A stretch of 64,000 nt of DNA from Candidatus Pacearchaeota archaeon (lineage in GTDB: Archaea > Nanobdellota > Nanobdellia > Pacearchaeales > GW2011-AR1). Shown piece by piece: positions 8,257-17,458 of the stretch; position 1 is the stretch's first letter; every line of letters starts with the position of its first letter. Below the pieces are notes generated by a model, which was not told where the DNA came from, did not search any database, and was given only the letters and a program-made list of their open reading frames with translations. Location: NCBI GenBank assembly GCA_017609205.1, contig JAFCEL010000001.1, positions 86,183 through 150,182 of the forward strand. Direction: 5' to 3'. The position numbers and the translations under genes are program-made.

Positions 8257-8673
8257 AAATCTTAAGAGTATTAAATCTTTTTAAGTTTTGTTATTGTAAA
8301 AAGATAAAGTGCCTAAATAAATTTCTTGCGTAGCAAGCTTATTTGTTTTTCTGAAAAAAACTAAGCGCACACCTCCTATCTGGGGCGGGTGGTCGGGGGA
8401 TGGCAAAAGACAATTTTATCATTCTTGAAAAATTATATTTAGCAAAGAACAAAGAAAGATTGGTGATTTATCCAAGCGAAAGCGAAGATAGATTTCAATT
8501 TGGACGCAGTCTGGGAACATCGCGATTAAGAGAAGTTTGCGGAACGAAGTGGAGCAAATTTGGGAAAATGCCGAGCTGAGTGTTTTTCCGTTTAAGCCCT
8601 GTTAAACTCCCCGAGCGTTAGCGAGAACGCAGCGTGGTCGAGGAGCGAAGCGACGCAGAATTTTCATATTTCA
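8257..8673. repeat. G/C-enriched non-coding island D
   Basis: Contains GGATGG (8398-8403), GCGATTAAG (8522-8530), the hairpin TTTGC-GGAACGAAGTGGA-GCAAA, AATTTGGGAAAA (8557-8568) and a GCGAAG-rich tail. Confidence 0.6.
8298..8327. repeat. right arm of the inverted repeat flanking the RiPP-like operon
   Basis: AAAAAGATAAAGTGCCTAAATAAATTTCTT. See 5783-5810. Confidence 0.55.
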
Positions 8674-9126
8674 TCATGGGTAATCCTTTAATCCCAAATA
8701 TTTAAATGATGAAAAATTATTTTCTTTGTCTATATTTAATTGTGATATTAATTCCTTAGGATAAAAAGTGACTTTGTCTAAATTTTCTAAATCTAATAGT
8801 TCGATGTCCTCAAGAAGAGCTTCTTTTTCTTCAGGATCAAAACCCTTTTTTAACTCCCCCCTATATTCCTCAACATAGAAATAAAATTCTATTCCCCTTC
8901 CTAGATCTTTATTTTTTAATTCTTTAATATAAACTAACTTTAATTTTAAAATGTCTAAATTTGTCTCTTCTTTTACTTCTCTTTTTATTGCTTCATAAAT
9001 GCCTTCTTCCATTTCTACTCCTCCACCAGGTAAAACATAATATGTAGATTCTTTTTTTGTCATTTTAGTAGTTAACAGCTTGCCATTATGTAGAATTATT
9101 GCAGCGACTCTTAAATTTGTTCTCAT
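8674..9126 (-). CDS. Nudix hydrolase
   Basis: Nudix box GGGVEMEEGIYEAIKREVKEETNL. Confidence 0.85.
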   Translation of the reverse strand: MRTNLRVAAIILHNGKLLTTKMTKKESTYYVLPGGGVEMEEGIYEAIKREVKEETNLDILKLKLVYIKELKNKDLGRGIEFYFYVEEYRGELKKGFDPEEKEALLEDIELLDLENLDKVTFYPKELISQLNIDKENNFSSFKYLGLKDYP

Positions 9127-9266
9127 TTTTCAAAATTTCTTATTTCATATTCGCAATTTAATTTTTTAAATTTCCAATCAGTATCCTATCTTTCATATTG
9201 CTAAGTAATCAAAATAATTTATAAACATTACAATTTGAAAATTAAGAAGTTATCTTCGAAAACAAG

Positions 9267-10085
9267 TCATTCCTCTAAGATCTCTGATTCTTCTTTTAAA
9301 TCCCTATAAGGATCTCCATTATGCTTCAAGAATGTTTCTTTTAACCAGATATGAATTTCACCAAAATGTTGATCCTGTTCAAGCCAGATTTTTTTTGAAT
9401 TTTCAAGATGAAGAAGCGGAGAAAAGGAAGCTATTTTCTCGTTTTTATCTCCTTTAACAAATTCTGTAAAGGAAACTTTAACATGATTCTTGTTCTTTCC
9501 AAAATAGAGAATAAGTGTTTTATGAATTGATTTGATTTTGTCCCTTATGCTGAATTTTTTCTTTGGAAGGGAAAATCCTGTTTCTCTAAGAGCATTTCTG
9601 TTTATGATTCTTTTTTTGATTCTGCGATTTTCTGTATTAATCGCCTTATTTAATGCTGCCATTAATTCCTTTAAGGTCACTCTTTTATAACGAGGGATTG
9701 GGCTTCTTAAGAGCAGTTCTGGAATTTCTTCTTCTAACTCAATTCTTTCCATTGAATATTTCTTTTCTTCTTTTTTCCCAAACAAAATTTCATCTATACT
9801 CTTAATATACTTATTAAGTAGAATTTCTGATTTTATCCTCAGAAGGAGAGACGCTGCCAGAAGAACTTTACTTGATATAAAAAAATCTGCTTCTTCATAT
9901 TCCTTTAGTTTTTCAAGATATTTATCAGACAGAACTATTATATTAACATCCCATGGGTTAAGTTGCTCTGTATTTATTAAGTCATAAATTATATCCTTCC
10001 ACCCAATCTCTCTGCTAAACAAAATCTTTTGTATTTGCTCTTGAGATACAGATTTTTTAATATCCTCTTTTGAAATATTCCTCAT
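9267..10085 (-). CDS. scpA: segregation and condensation protein A (kleisin)
   Basis: N-terminal NPWDVNIIVLSDKYLEKL...LLAASLLLRIKSEILL pattern. An ScpB gene is also present in the window. Confidence 0.7.
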   Translation of the reverse strand: MRNISKEDIKKSVSQEQIQKILFSREIGWKDIIYDLINTEQLNPWDVNIIVLSDKYLEKLKEYEEADFFISSKVLLAASLLLRIKSEILLNKYIKSIDEILFGKKEEKKYSMERIELEEEIPELLLRSPIPRYKRVTLKELMAALNKAINTENRRIKKRIINRNALRETGFSLPKKKFSIRDKIKSIHKTLILYFGKNKNHVKVSFTEFVKGDKNEKIASFSPLLHLENSKKIWLEQDQHFGEIHIWLKETFLKHNGDPYRDLKEESEILEE

Positions 10086-10307
10086 TTTATCTTAATAGAA
10101 AGAGATTTTATAAATGTGATAGTCAAAGAGATATGCTTTAATAGTAACAAACAAGATTACTACTTTATACTAGAAACTTTGCGTCATTTCATAAGAGTAA
10201 CAATACCAAAAGATTTAAATAGTAGGAAGTGTTCTAATTTATATCACCTCTTTTTCCCCAGGAGAAGGCTTCGAGTCTACTGTTTTGTTGGCTTGAAGAA
10301 TTCTCCC

Positions 10308-10326
10308 AGGGTTTTGTAAAAACCCT
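10308..10326 (-). terminator. hairpin downstream of the ribosomal-protein/RNAP operon
   Basis: AGGGTTTT-gta-AAAACCCT lies 19 nt past the S27ae stop. There is no clear oligo-T tract, so the function is uncertain. Confidence 0.25.
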
Positions 10327-10344
10327 TTAGAATTTAATCATTAA

Positions 10345-10566
10345 TTATATTTTATCTTCCTTACCAACAAATTCACTATAATGGCACTTGCCACAATAGG
10401 TTCTGTCTTTTGCTTGCATTAAGAATATACCAGGCCCACAACGAGGGCATGTTTTTTCTCTTATTATCTTTTCACCCTGAATCTTATATTTTGTATATTT
10501 TTTGCTAGTTGGCTTGTTTTTATGAGGTCTCTTTCCTTTCTTCTTGGATTTCTTCTTTTTTCCCAC
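10345..10566 (-). CDS. rps27ae: ribosomal protein S27ae (eS31)
   Basis: Zinc ribbon CPRCGPGIFLMQAKDRTYCGKCHY after a Lys-rich N-terminus. Confidence 0.85.
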   Translation of the reverse strand: MGKKKKSKKKGKRPHKNKPTSKKYTKYKIQGEKIIREKTCPRCGPGIFLMQAKDRTYCGKCHYSEFVGKEDKI

Positions 10567-10571
10567 TTTAA

Positions 10572-10949
10572 TTACTCTCCTTGTGATTTAATATTTTCAG
10601 CATTTTCAGAAGGATTTTCAGACTCTTTAGAAGCTGTCTGCCCTTGTTCTTGATTTTCCTCTTTCTTATCCTTCTTCTCTAATTCCAAATCTTTCTTTTT
10701 CTTCAATTCTATTTTGTCCCTGTCTTCTTTTGACTTGTAAATATTTACAACAATCAAGAAAACTTTTTGACCAAATTTGCCTTTGATGGTTTTTATTTTA
10801 ATAACCTCTGGTTGAACAGAGAATTTTTCTGAGATTATTTTTACAACTTCCTGCCTGCTCGGAGTTGAATCTGCATAAATTTCTCCTTCAATTTCCCTTC
10901 TATTAAAAACGGGATTCTCTATCTCACTTATTATTTTAAGATCTATCAT
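10572..10949 (-). CDS. rps24e: ribosomal protein S24e (eS24) with an acidic/Lys-rich C-terminal extension
   Basis: N-terminal IENPVFNRREIEGEIYADSTPSRQEV pattern. Sits in the conserved archaeal rpoE-spt4-S24e-S27ae order. Confidence 0.85.
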   Translation of the reverse strand: MIDLKIISEIENPVFNRREIEGEIYADSTPSRQEVVKIISEKFSVQPEVIKIKTIKGKFGQKVFLIVVNIYKSKEDRDKIELKKKKDLELEKKDKKEENQEQGQTASKESENPSENAENIKSQGE

Positions 10950-11170
10950 CTTGTCTTAATTGCAAAATTCCCTTTATCTTTTATTTTTAATTTCTGAGCA
11001 ATCTCTGATTTTTCAGGATTTAAAACAACTATCCTTCCCTTAAAAGAGTCAGTGGATTCTTTTGAATCGCATTTTGGGCATTTTTCCTTTCCTTCATAAA
11101 TTGTTTTGCATAATTTACATGCTTTATCTTTTGGCATCTTTTTCACTCCTATAATTATAAAAACAATCAC
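10946..11170 (-). CDS. spt4: transcription elongation factor Spt4 / RNAP subunit E''
   Basis: Zinc ribbon CKLCKT...CPKCDS. The likely true start is MPKDKAC at 11137. Confidence 0.8.
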   Translation of the reverse strand: MIVFIIIGVKKMPKDKACKLCKTIYEGKEKCPKCDSKESTDSFKGRIVVLNPEKSEIAQKLKIKDKGNFAIKTR

Positions 11171-11298
11171 TACAATTTTCTAACCGCTCTGCCCGGTTTG
11201 TAACAGAACATATAATAAAATCTCCTAGAAGATGTGCTTTTTCACATAAGAGTTCTTCAAGATTATATTGAAATTTTTCAAAAAATGATTCTTCCATT

Positions 11299-11922
11299 TT
11301 ATTTTTTCTTACTCTTTGATTTACTTTTTGCTAATTTTGCCTCTTCTTTAAGAGCTTTTTTAGCAGCTTTTTCTTTTTTTGCCTTGTCCTCTCTTATCCA
11401 ATCAAGTTTGCCAAGACCTGGCTGCCTCATTGTCAAGCCTATCTTTGGTTCATCTCCTTTATGGCTTATTGAAACAATTCTTGCAATACACAAATCATTT
11501 GCTTTTAGACCCCTCTTAGATGATTTGCCAAGAAGAGAATTTGCTTTACTGAAACTTACAAAATCATCCATTGTCTGGGAGATATGAATCATCCCCCTCA
11601 TTGCGCCTAGATTGATGAAAGCTCCAAAGTTAGTTATTTCTGCAATAGAGCCATAAACAAGTTCCTGCAATTCGGGTTTCCAAGTTAATAATTTAAATCT
11701 TGAAATATAATATGCAGCTCCATCTCCTGGAATTATGACACCTTCTCCTACATCTAAAATCTCAAGAACAGCAACTACTTTTCCAATTTCCTTATCATAA
11801 TAATCTTTGTAAGTCTCCTTTAACTGCTGTTCAACTGATTCTGCAGTAGGCAAACCAAATAATTTTGGCTCAACTCTTACATAATCCTCAATCTCTGTAA
11901 TATAAAACATTTTACTTGTCAA
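11299..11922 (-). CDS. rpoE: RNA polymerase subunit Rpo7 (E') with a Lys-rich C-terminal tail
   Basis: N-terminal MFYITEIEDYVRVEPKLFG, followed by an S1-like domain. Confidence 0.85.
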   Translation of the reverse strand: MTSKMFYITEIEDYVRVEPKLFGLPTAESVEQQLKETYKDYYDKEIGKVVAVLEILDVGEGVIIPGDGAAYYISRFKLLTWKPELQELVYGSIAEITNFGAFINLGAMRGMIHISQTMDDFVSFSKANSLLGKSSKRGLKANDLCIARIVSISHKGDEPKIGLTMRQPGLGKLDWIREDKAKKEKAAKKALKEEAKLAKSKSKSKKK

Positions 11923-11955
11923 AAATAGTAAAAATTGGTTTTTAAAGTTAATGTC

Positions 11956-12345
11956 TTATATAATTTCTAACTTTTTCTTTCCCTGAATTATTAATTTATT
12001 AGTCTTAATCCTTCTTTTAATCTCCCTATCCAAGGTTGCTATAATTGTCTCTGGATTCTCCTTTGAAAACCGGATAATTAATTTATCAACATGTCCTTTG
12101 CCAAGATTAATCTTCTTAAATTTATTTTTCCCAAGCAATCTTAATGCTAGAACAGAAGCTTCTTTATTATGAGCCTTTTGTTTTGATTCTGCAATCTTCT
12201 TTAATTCATTGATAACTTGTTCAGGAATAATAACCTGCATTCCCATTAAGAGAATCTCCTCGAAAAAATCTATCTTCTGCTTCACACATGTCAGAATGAA
12301 ATTTGTATCAAGTAAAACAGACTTCATGGTAAATCTAAGAAACAA
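11956..12345 (-). CDS. PIN-domain nuclease (Fcf1/Utp24-like neighbour of rpoE)
   Basis: VLLDTNFIL N-terminal acidic motif and ATLD near the C-terminus. Conserved position upstream of rpoE' in archaea. Confidence 0.7.
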   Translation of the reverse strand: MFLRFTMKSVLLDTNFILTCVKQKIDFFEEILLMGMQVIIPEQVINELKKIAESKQKAHNKEASVLALRLLGKNKFKKINLGKGHVDKLIIRFSKENPETIIATLDREIKRRIKTNKLIIQGKKKLEII

Positions 12346-12433
12346 GAGATTTTAAAATTAACCTTAAGCATAAAACCTATTCACTATTCCAACCAAACAT
12401 CATCTTTAAATAATCTTTTTTCTTGTAATTGAT

Positions 12434-12994
12434 ATGAAAGAGGTTGAGAATATTCTTAAGATTTTTGAGGGGGCAAAACAAGCAATAAGAGATTATGATT
12501 CATCAAAACTCCGGCAGTTAAGTGATCGGACAAATAATACAGCCTCGAGAACCCATGATCCAGACAATATTGCTGTAGCAGTAATTATTTATTCATTAAG
12601 CAAGATAATTGAAAGAGATGAATATAGAAACTATCCTGGTTGGAAAAAATTCTACAAAAACACATCTCTTTATATTGATAAAATTATAAACCTATTAAAA
12701 AATAAAAAAGAGAAAGAGGTTGGAGAAACACTAAAATTAATGAGAGGGGAAATTGAGAATATATCTGGGAAACTTAAAAAATATGTCCGTGATGTTTTCA
12801 GAAAAGCCCAGATAAATAAAGCTTCAAAAATTTATGAGCACGGAATATCACTCGAGAAAACTGCAAAATTGTTAGGAATCACTATGTTTGAACTTGCTGG
12901 ATATTCAGGGCAGAAACCAGAAATAGAATCATCAGGAGAAAAAGCGCAAAGCGTCAGGAAGAGAATTAAAATTGCAGAGGATATCTTTAAATGA
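12434..12994 (+). CDS. hypothetical protein with C-terminal helix-turn-helix
   Basis: C-terminal GISLEKTAKLLGITMFELAGY. Has a 4-nt overlap with the next gene. Confidence 0.5.
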   Translation: MKEVENILKIFEGAKQAIRDYDSSKLRQLSDRTNNTASRTHDPDNIAVAVIIYSLSKIIERDEYRNYPGWKKFYKNTSLYIDKIINLLKNKKEKEVGETLKLMRGEIENISGKLKKYVRDVFRKAQINKASKIYEHGISLEKTAKLLGITMFELAGYSGQKPEIESSGEKAQSVRKRIKIAEDIFK

Positions 12995-13665
12995 AAGCGA
13001 TAATCTTTGACGCAAGTACATTAATAAGTCTCGCAATGGCATGTTTATACGATGAATTGCGAAAATTGAAATTAAATTTCAAAGGAAAATTTCTTATTAC
13101 ACCTTATGTAAGGGAGGAGGTGATTAATAAGCCCTTGACAATTAAAAGATTTCAATTAGAAGGAATTAGAATTCAGCAACTTGTTGAAGAAGGTGTTTTG
13201 GAAATGTCGTCTTCAATAGTTAGTGATGATGAGGTCTCAAAAGCAACACAAGAAATTATGAATCTTGCGAATAGTTCTTATTCTGGAAAAGATGGTAAAA
13301 TTAAATTAATTGATTTGGGCGAAGCCTCATGTGTTGCGCTAAGCAATATCTTAACAAAGAAAAAAATTCAAAACATCGTCGCTGTTGATGAGAGAACACT
13401 CCGTTCCTTATGTGAAAATCCTAGTGGATTGAAAAAACACTTAGAAAGAAAAATGCATACAAAAATTTCGATTAAAAAAGAAAATCTTAACCGCTTCAAA
13501 GGAATTAAAATCATCCGCTCTATTGAGCTTATTTATATTGCATACAAAAAAGGTCTTACAGGAAAGAGAAATAAAAGACTTCTCGAATCCTTAATATATG
13601 CACTAAGATTCAAAGGGTGCTCTATCTCAAATGAAGAATTAAATGAGATTAAAAGAATTGGTTAA
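12991..13665 (+). CDS. PIN-like domain protein
   Basis: IIFDASTLISLA near the N-terminus, then IDLGEASCVAL and VAVDERT acidic positions. Confidence 0.5.
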   Translation: MKAIIFDASTLISLAMACLYDELRKLKLNFKGKFLITPYVREEVINKPLTIKRFQLEGIRIQQLVEEGVLEMSSSIVSDDEVSKATQEIMNLANSSYSGKDGKIKLIDLGEASCVALSNILTKKKIQNIVAVDERTLRSLCENPSGLKKHLERKMHTKISIKKENLNRFKGIKIIRSIELIYIAYKKGLTGKRNKRLLESLIYALRFKGCSISNEELNEIKRIG

Positions 13666-13700
13666 TCAAAATAATTTAATAGAAGAAATCTTCTGTCGTC

Positions 13701-15678
<1,978 letters not shown>

Positions 15679-15679
15679 C

Positions 15680-15973
15680 TTAATTATCAAAATATTTATG
15701 ATTTAATTTTCTTCCAAAACCAGAATTTAATTTTATTCTTCCGACAGTTAAAAAATCAAAACCTCCGTGATAAATCAAATTTCTTCCTGATAACTCACAA
15801 AGTTCTTCTTTTAAGAATAAACCATAAAGATTCTCTTCTTCCACATCCTTGCCGATAAAATGCAGAAAATCTCCGCAATCCTTTCCAAGATAGACTGCTT
15901 TATTTACTGGAAAATCTTCTTGCATAAAATGTATCTTTGTTCCTTCAACAAGTGATGGTATTTTACACTCCAT
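15680..15973 (-). CDS. hypothetical 97-aa protein inserted in the groESL operon
   Basis: The ATG directly abuts the groES stop (TAAATG). No motif recognised. Confidence 0.5.
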   Translation of the reverse strand: MECKIPSLVEGTKIHFMQEDFPVNKAVYLGKDCGDFLHFIGKDVEEENLYGLFLKEELCELSGRNLIYHGGFDFLTVGRIKLNSGFGRKLNHKYFDN

Positions 15974-16249
15974 TTAATCCTCCATTATTGCTAAAATATC
16001 TTTAAAATCGATTATAAGGTGTTTCTCTCCATTAATTTCTAACTCATCTGAGGAATATCCGCCGTATAAAACTTTATCTCCTTTTTTTAATGGCAAATCT
16101 TTTCCATCTTTTGTCTTTCCAACTTCCTCAACAATAGCTTGTTTTTTTTCCTCTTTAGCTTCATCTGGGATATAAATTCCTCCAGCAGTTTTCTCTTCTG
16201 CCTTTACTGGTTTTATTAATACTCTCTCTCCAAGAGGCTTAATTCTCAT
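15974..16249 (-). CDS. groS: co-chaperonin GroES (Cpn10)
   Basis: IKPLGERVLIKPVKAEEKTAGGIYIPD mobile-loop region, 91 aa. Confidence 0.9.
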   Translation of the reverse strand: MRIKPLGERVLIKPVKAEEKTAGGIYIPDEAKEEKKQAIVEEVGKTKDGKDLPLKKGDKVLYGGYSSDELEINGEKHLIIDFKDILAIMED

Positions 16250-16384
16250 TTTACCTTGATGATTTATTTATCTGTCTATTGCATAAATATACAATTTAAA
16301 TATCTTATTTCCTATTTAAGAGTAAAAAAGATACTTTTAGTAAGAATTAGTAAAATTTATATATCAAATAGTATCCAACAAAAA

Positions 16385-16894
16385 ATGGTAAATCTAACTC
16401 AACGAGAAAAACAAGTATTAGTAGAGTTAATTAAGAATTGCAAAACAAGCGATCAAGAAATAGCCAGAAAGCTAAAAACTTCAAGACCGACTGTATTAAA
16501 AATCAGAAATAGGCTTGAAAAAAAGGGATTTATTAGGGGGTATACTTCTCTAATCGACTTTGAGAAATTGGGATTAAATATTCAAGCAGTTATTCTATAC
16601 AGATGGAAGGATTATTCAAAGGCAAAAGAGTTAAAATCGACGATAAAATTCATAAGATCATTGCCAGAAGTTATTTTGTTTGTTAAAGGTGAAGGTGCTG
16701 GGAGTAAAACTGATTTAATTATTTCTGTGCATAATGATCTAAAAGATTATGAAGAGTTTATTAGAAAGTTGAAGTATCAATGGAAAAATAATGTTGAAAA
16801 TGTGGAGGTTTTTTTATCTTCTTTTGACGGGATTTTCAAAAATTATGAACTTTCATCTTTAGCAATTTCAAAACTTGATGAAAAGAAGAGATAG
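16385..16894 (+). CDS. Lrp/AsnC-type transcriptional regulator
   Basis: wHTH LTQREKQVLVELIKNCKTSDQEIARKLKTSRPTVLKIRNRLEKKGFI from the ATG at 16385. The ORF-track 5' extension from 16256 looks non-coding. Divergent from groES. Confidence 0.7.
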   Translation: MVNLTQREKQVLVELIKNCKTSDQEIARKLKTSRPTVLKIRNRLEKKGFIRGYTSLIDFEKLGLNIQAVILYRWKDYSKAKELKSTIKFIRSLPEVILFVKGEGAGSKTDLIISVHNDLKDYEEFIRKLKYQWKNNVENVEVFLSSFDGIFKNYELSSLAISKLDEKKR

Positions 16895-16944
16895 AAAATA
16901 AAAAATAACAATAATCTTAAATATTCTCTGTCTTTCTTTAAATA

Positions 16945-17439
16945 ATGCCAGAAAAAAGAGAAAAAGAGGATGAAGATTCAGAACTTGAAGAACTCCTTGA
17001 AGAGGAAGAAACAAAAAAAGTTCCCCAAGAAAATAACAAACCTGAACTCGAAAAATCGACTTTCTTAGAATTTATGTCTAGGACAGATTCTGTTTCTCCT
17101 ACTCTTGAAGAATCTGTAAAAGAAGTTACAGAAGTTAATTTAGAAAATTTTGCAAGAGAATCCCCTAAAGAACAAGAAGATGAAATAGAAAAAGACATAG
17201 AAAAAAATTACACCTCTACAGGCGATTATACAACAACAAAAGATTATGAGGTTCTGAATATTCAAAAGGATTCCTCAATAGGAATCCCTCAATTTGAAAG
17301 AGTTAAAGACAGCGTTCATTCAGAATTAGGGCTTCAGGATATAAGAAATAAAAATGATTACTCTGCTCCAAAAGATTTAGAATTTCCAGATTCAGCACCC
17401 CCTCATCAGCAGAATTATAAACTAAGAAAATTTAAATAA
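16945..17439 (+). CDS. acidic, low-complexity hypothetical protein
   Basis: Glu/Asp-rich ORF 19 nt upstream of the TIM-barrel gene. Confidence 0.45.
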   Translation: MPEKREKEDEDSELEELLEEEETKKVPQENNKPELEKSTFLEFMSRTDSVSPTLEESVKEVTEVNLENFARESPKEQEDEIEKDIEKNYTSTGDYTTTKDYEVLNIQKDSSIGIPQFERVKDSVHSELGLQDIRNKNDYSAPKDLEFPDSAPPHQQNYKLRKFK

Positions 17440-17458
17440 GAAAGAAGACTTGTATTAA

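Noticed and set aside
2366-8673. Integron-like cassette array (attC sites) as an explanation for the islands
   Set aside because: No integrase is present in the window. Cassette gene orientations are mixed. The islands are about 0.4 kb, much longer than typical attC sites. The idea cannot be excluded for a novel system, but there is no positive evidence.
2366-8673. The islands as known structured RNAs (rRNA fragments, RNase P RNA, tRNA, group II intron domains)
   Set aside because: I could not find the diagnostic conserved motifs of these classes by eye. The true SRP RNA and tRNA in the window look quite different. Only a covariance-model scan can settle this.
10116-10319. 67-aa plus-strand ORF between scpA and the S27ae gene
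   Set aside because: It has no start context or motifs. The region is better explained as the 3' flank of the minus-strand operon, including the AGGGTTTT/AAAACCCT hairpin. I also looked for C/D-box sRNA boxes there and found none convincing.
16256-16384. N-terminal 43-codon extension of the Lrp/AsnC-type ORF
   Set aside because: The extension begins at a non-ATG codon (TTG at 16256). It reads as AT-rich promoter-like sequence (MMIYLSVYCINIQFKYLISYL...) in the divergent groES/regulator intergenic region. The wHTH begins right after the ATG at 16385.
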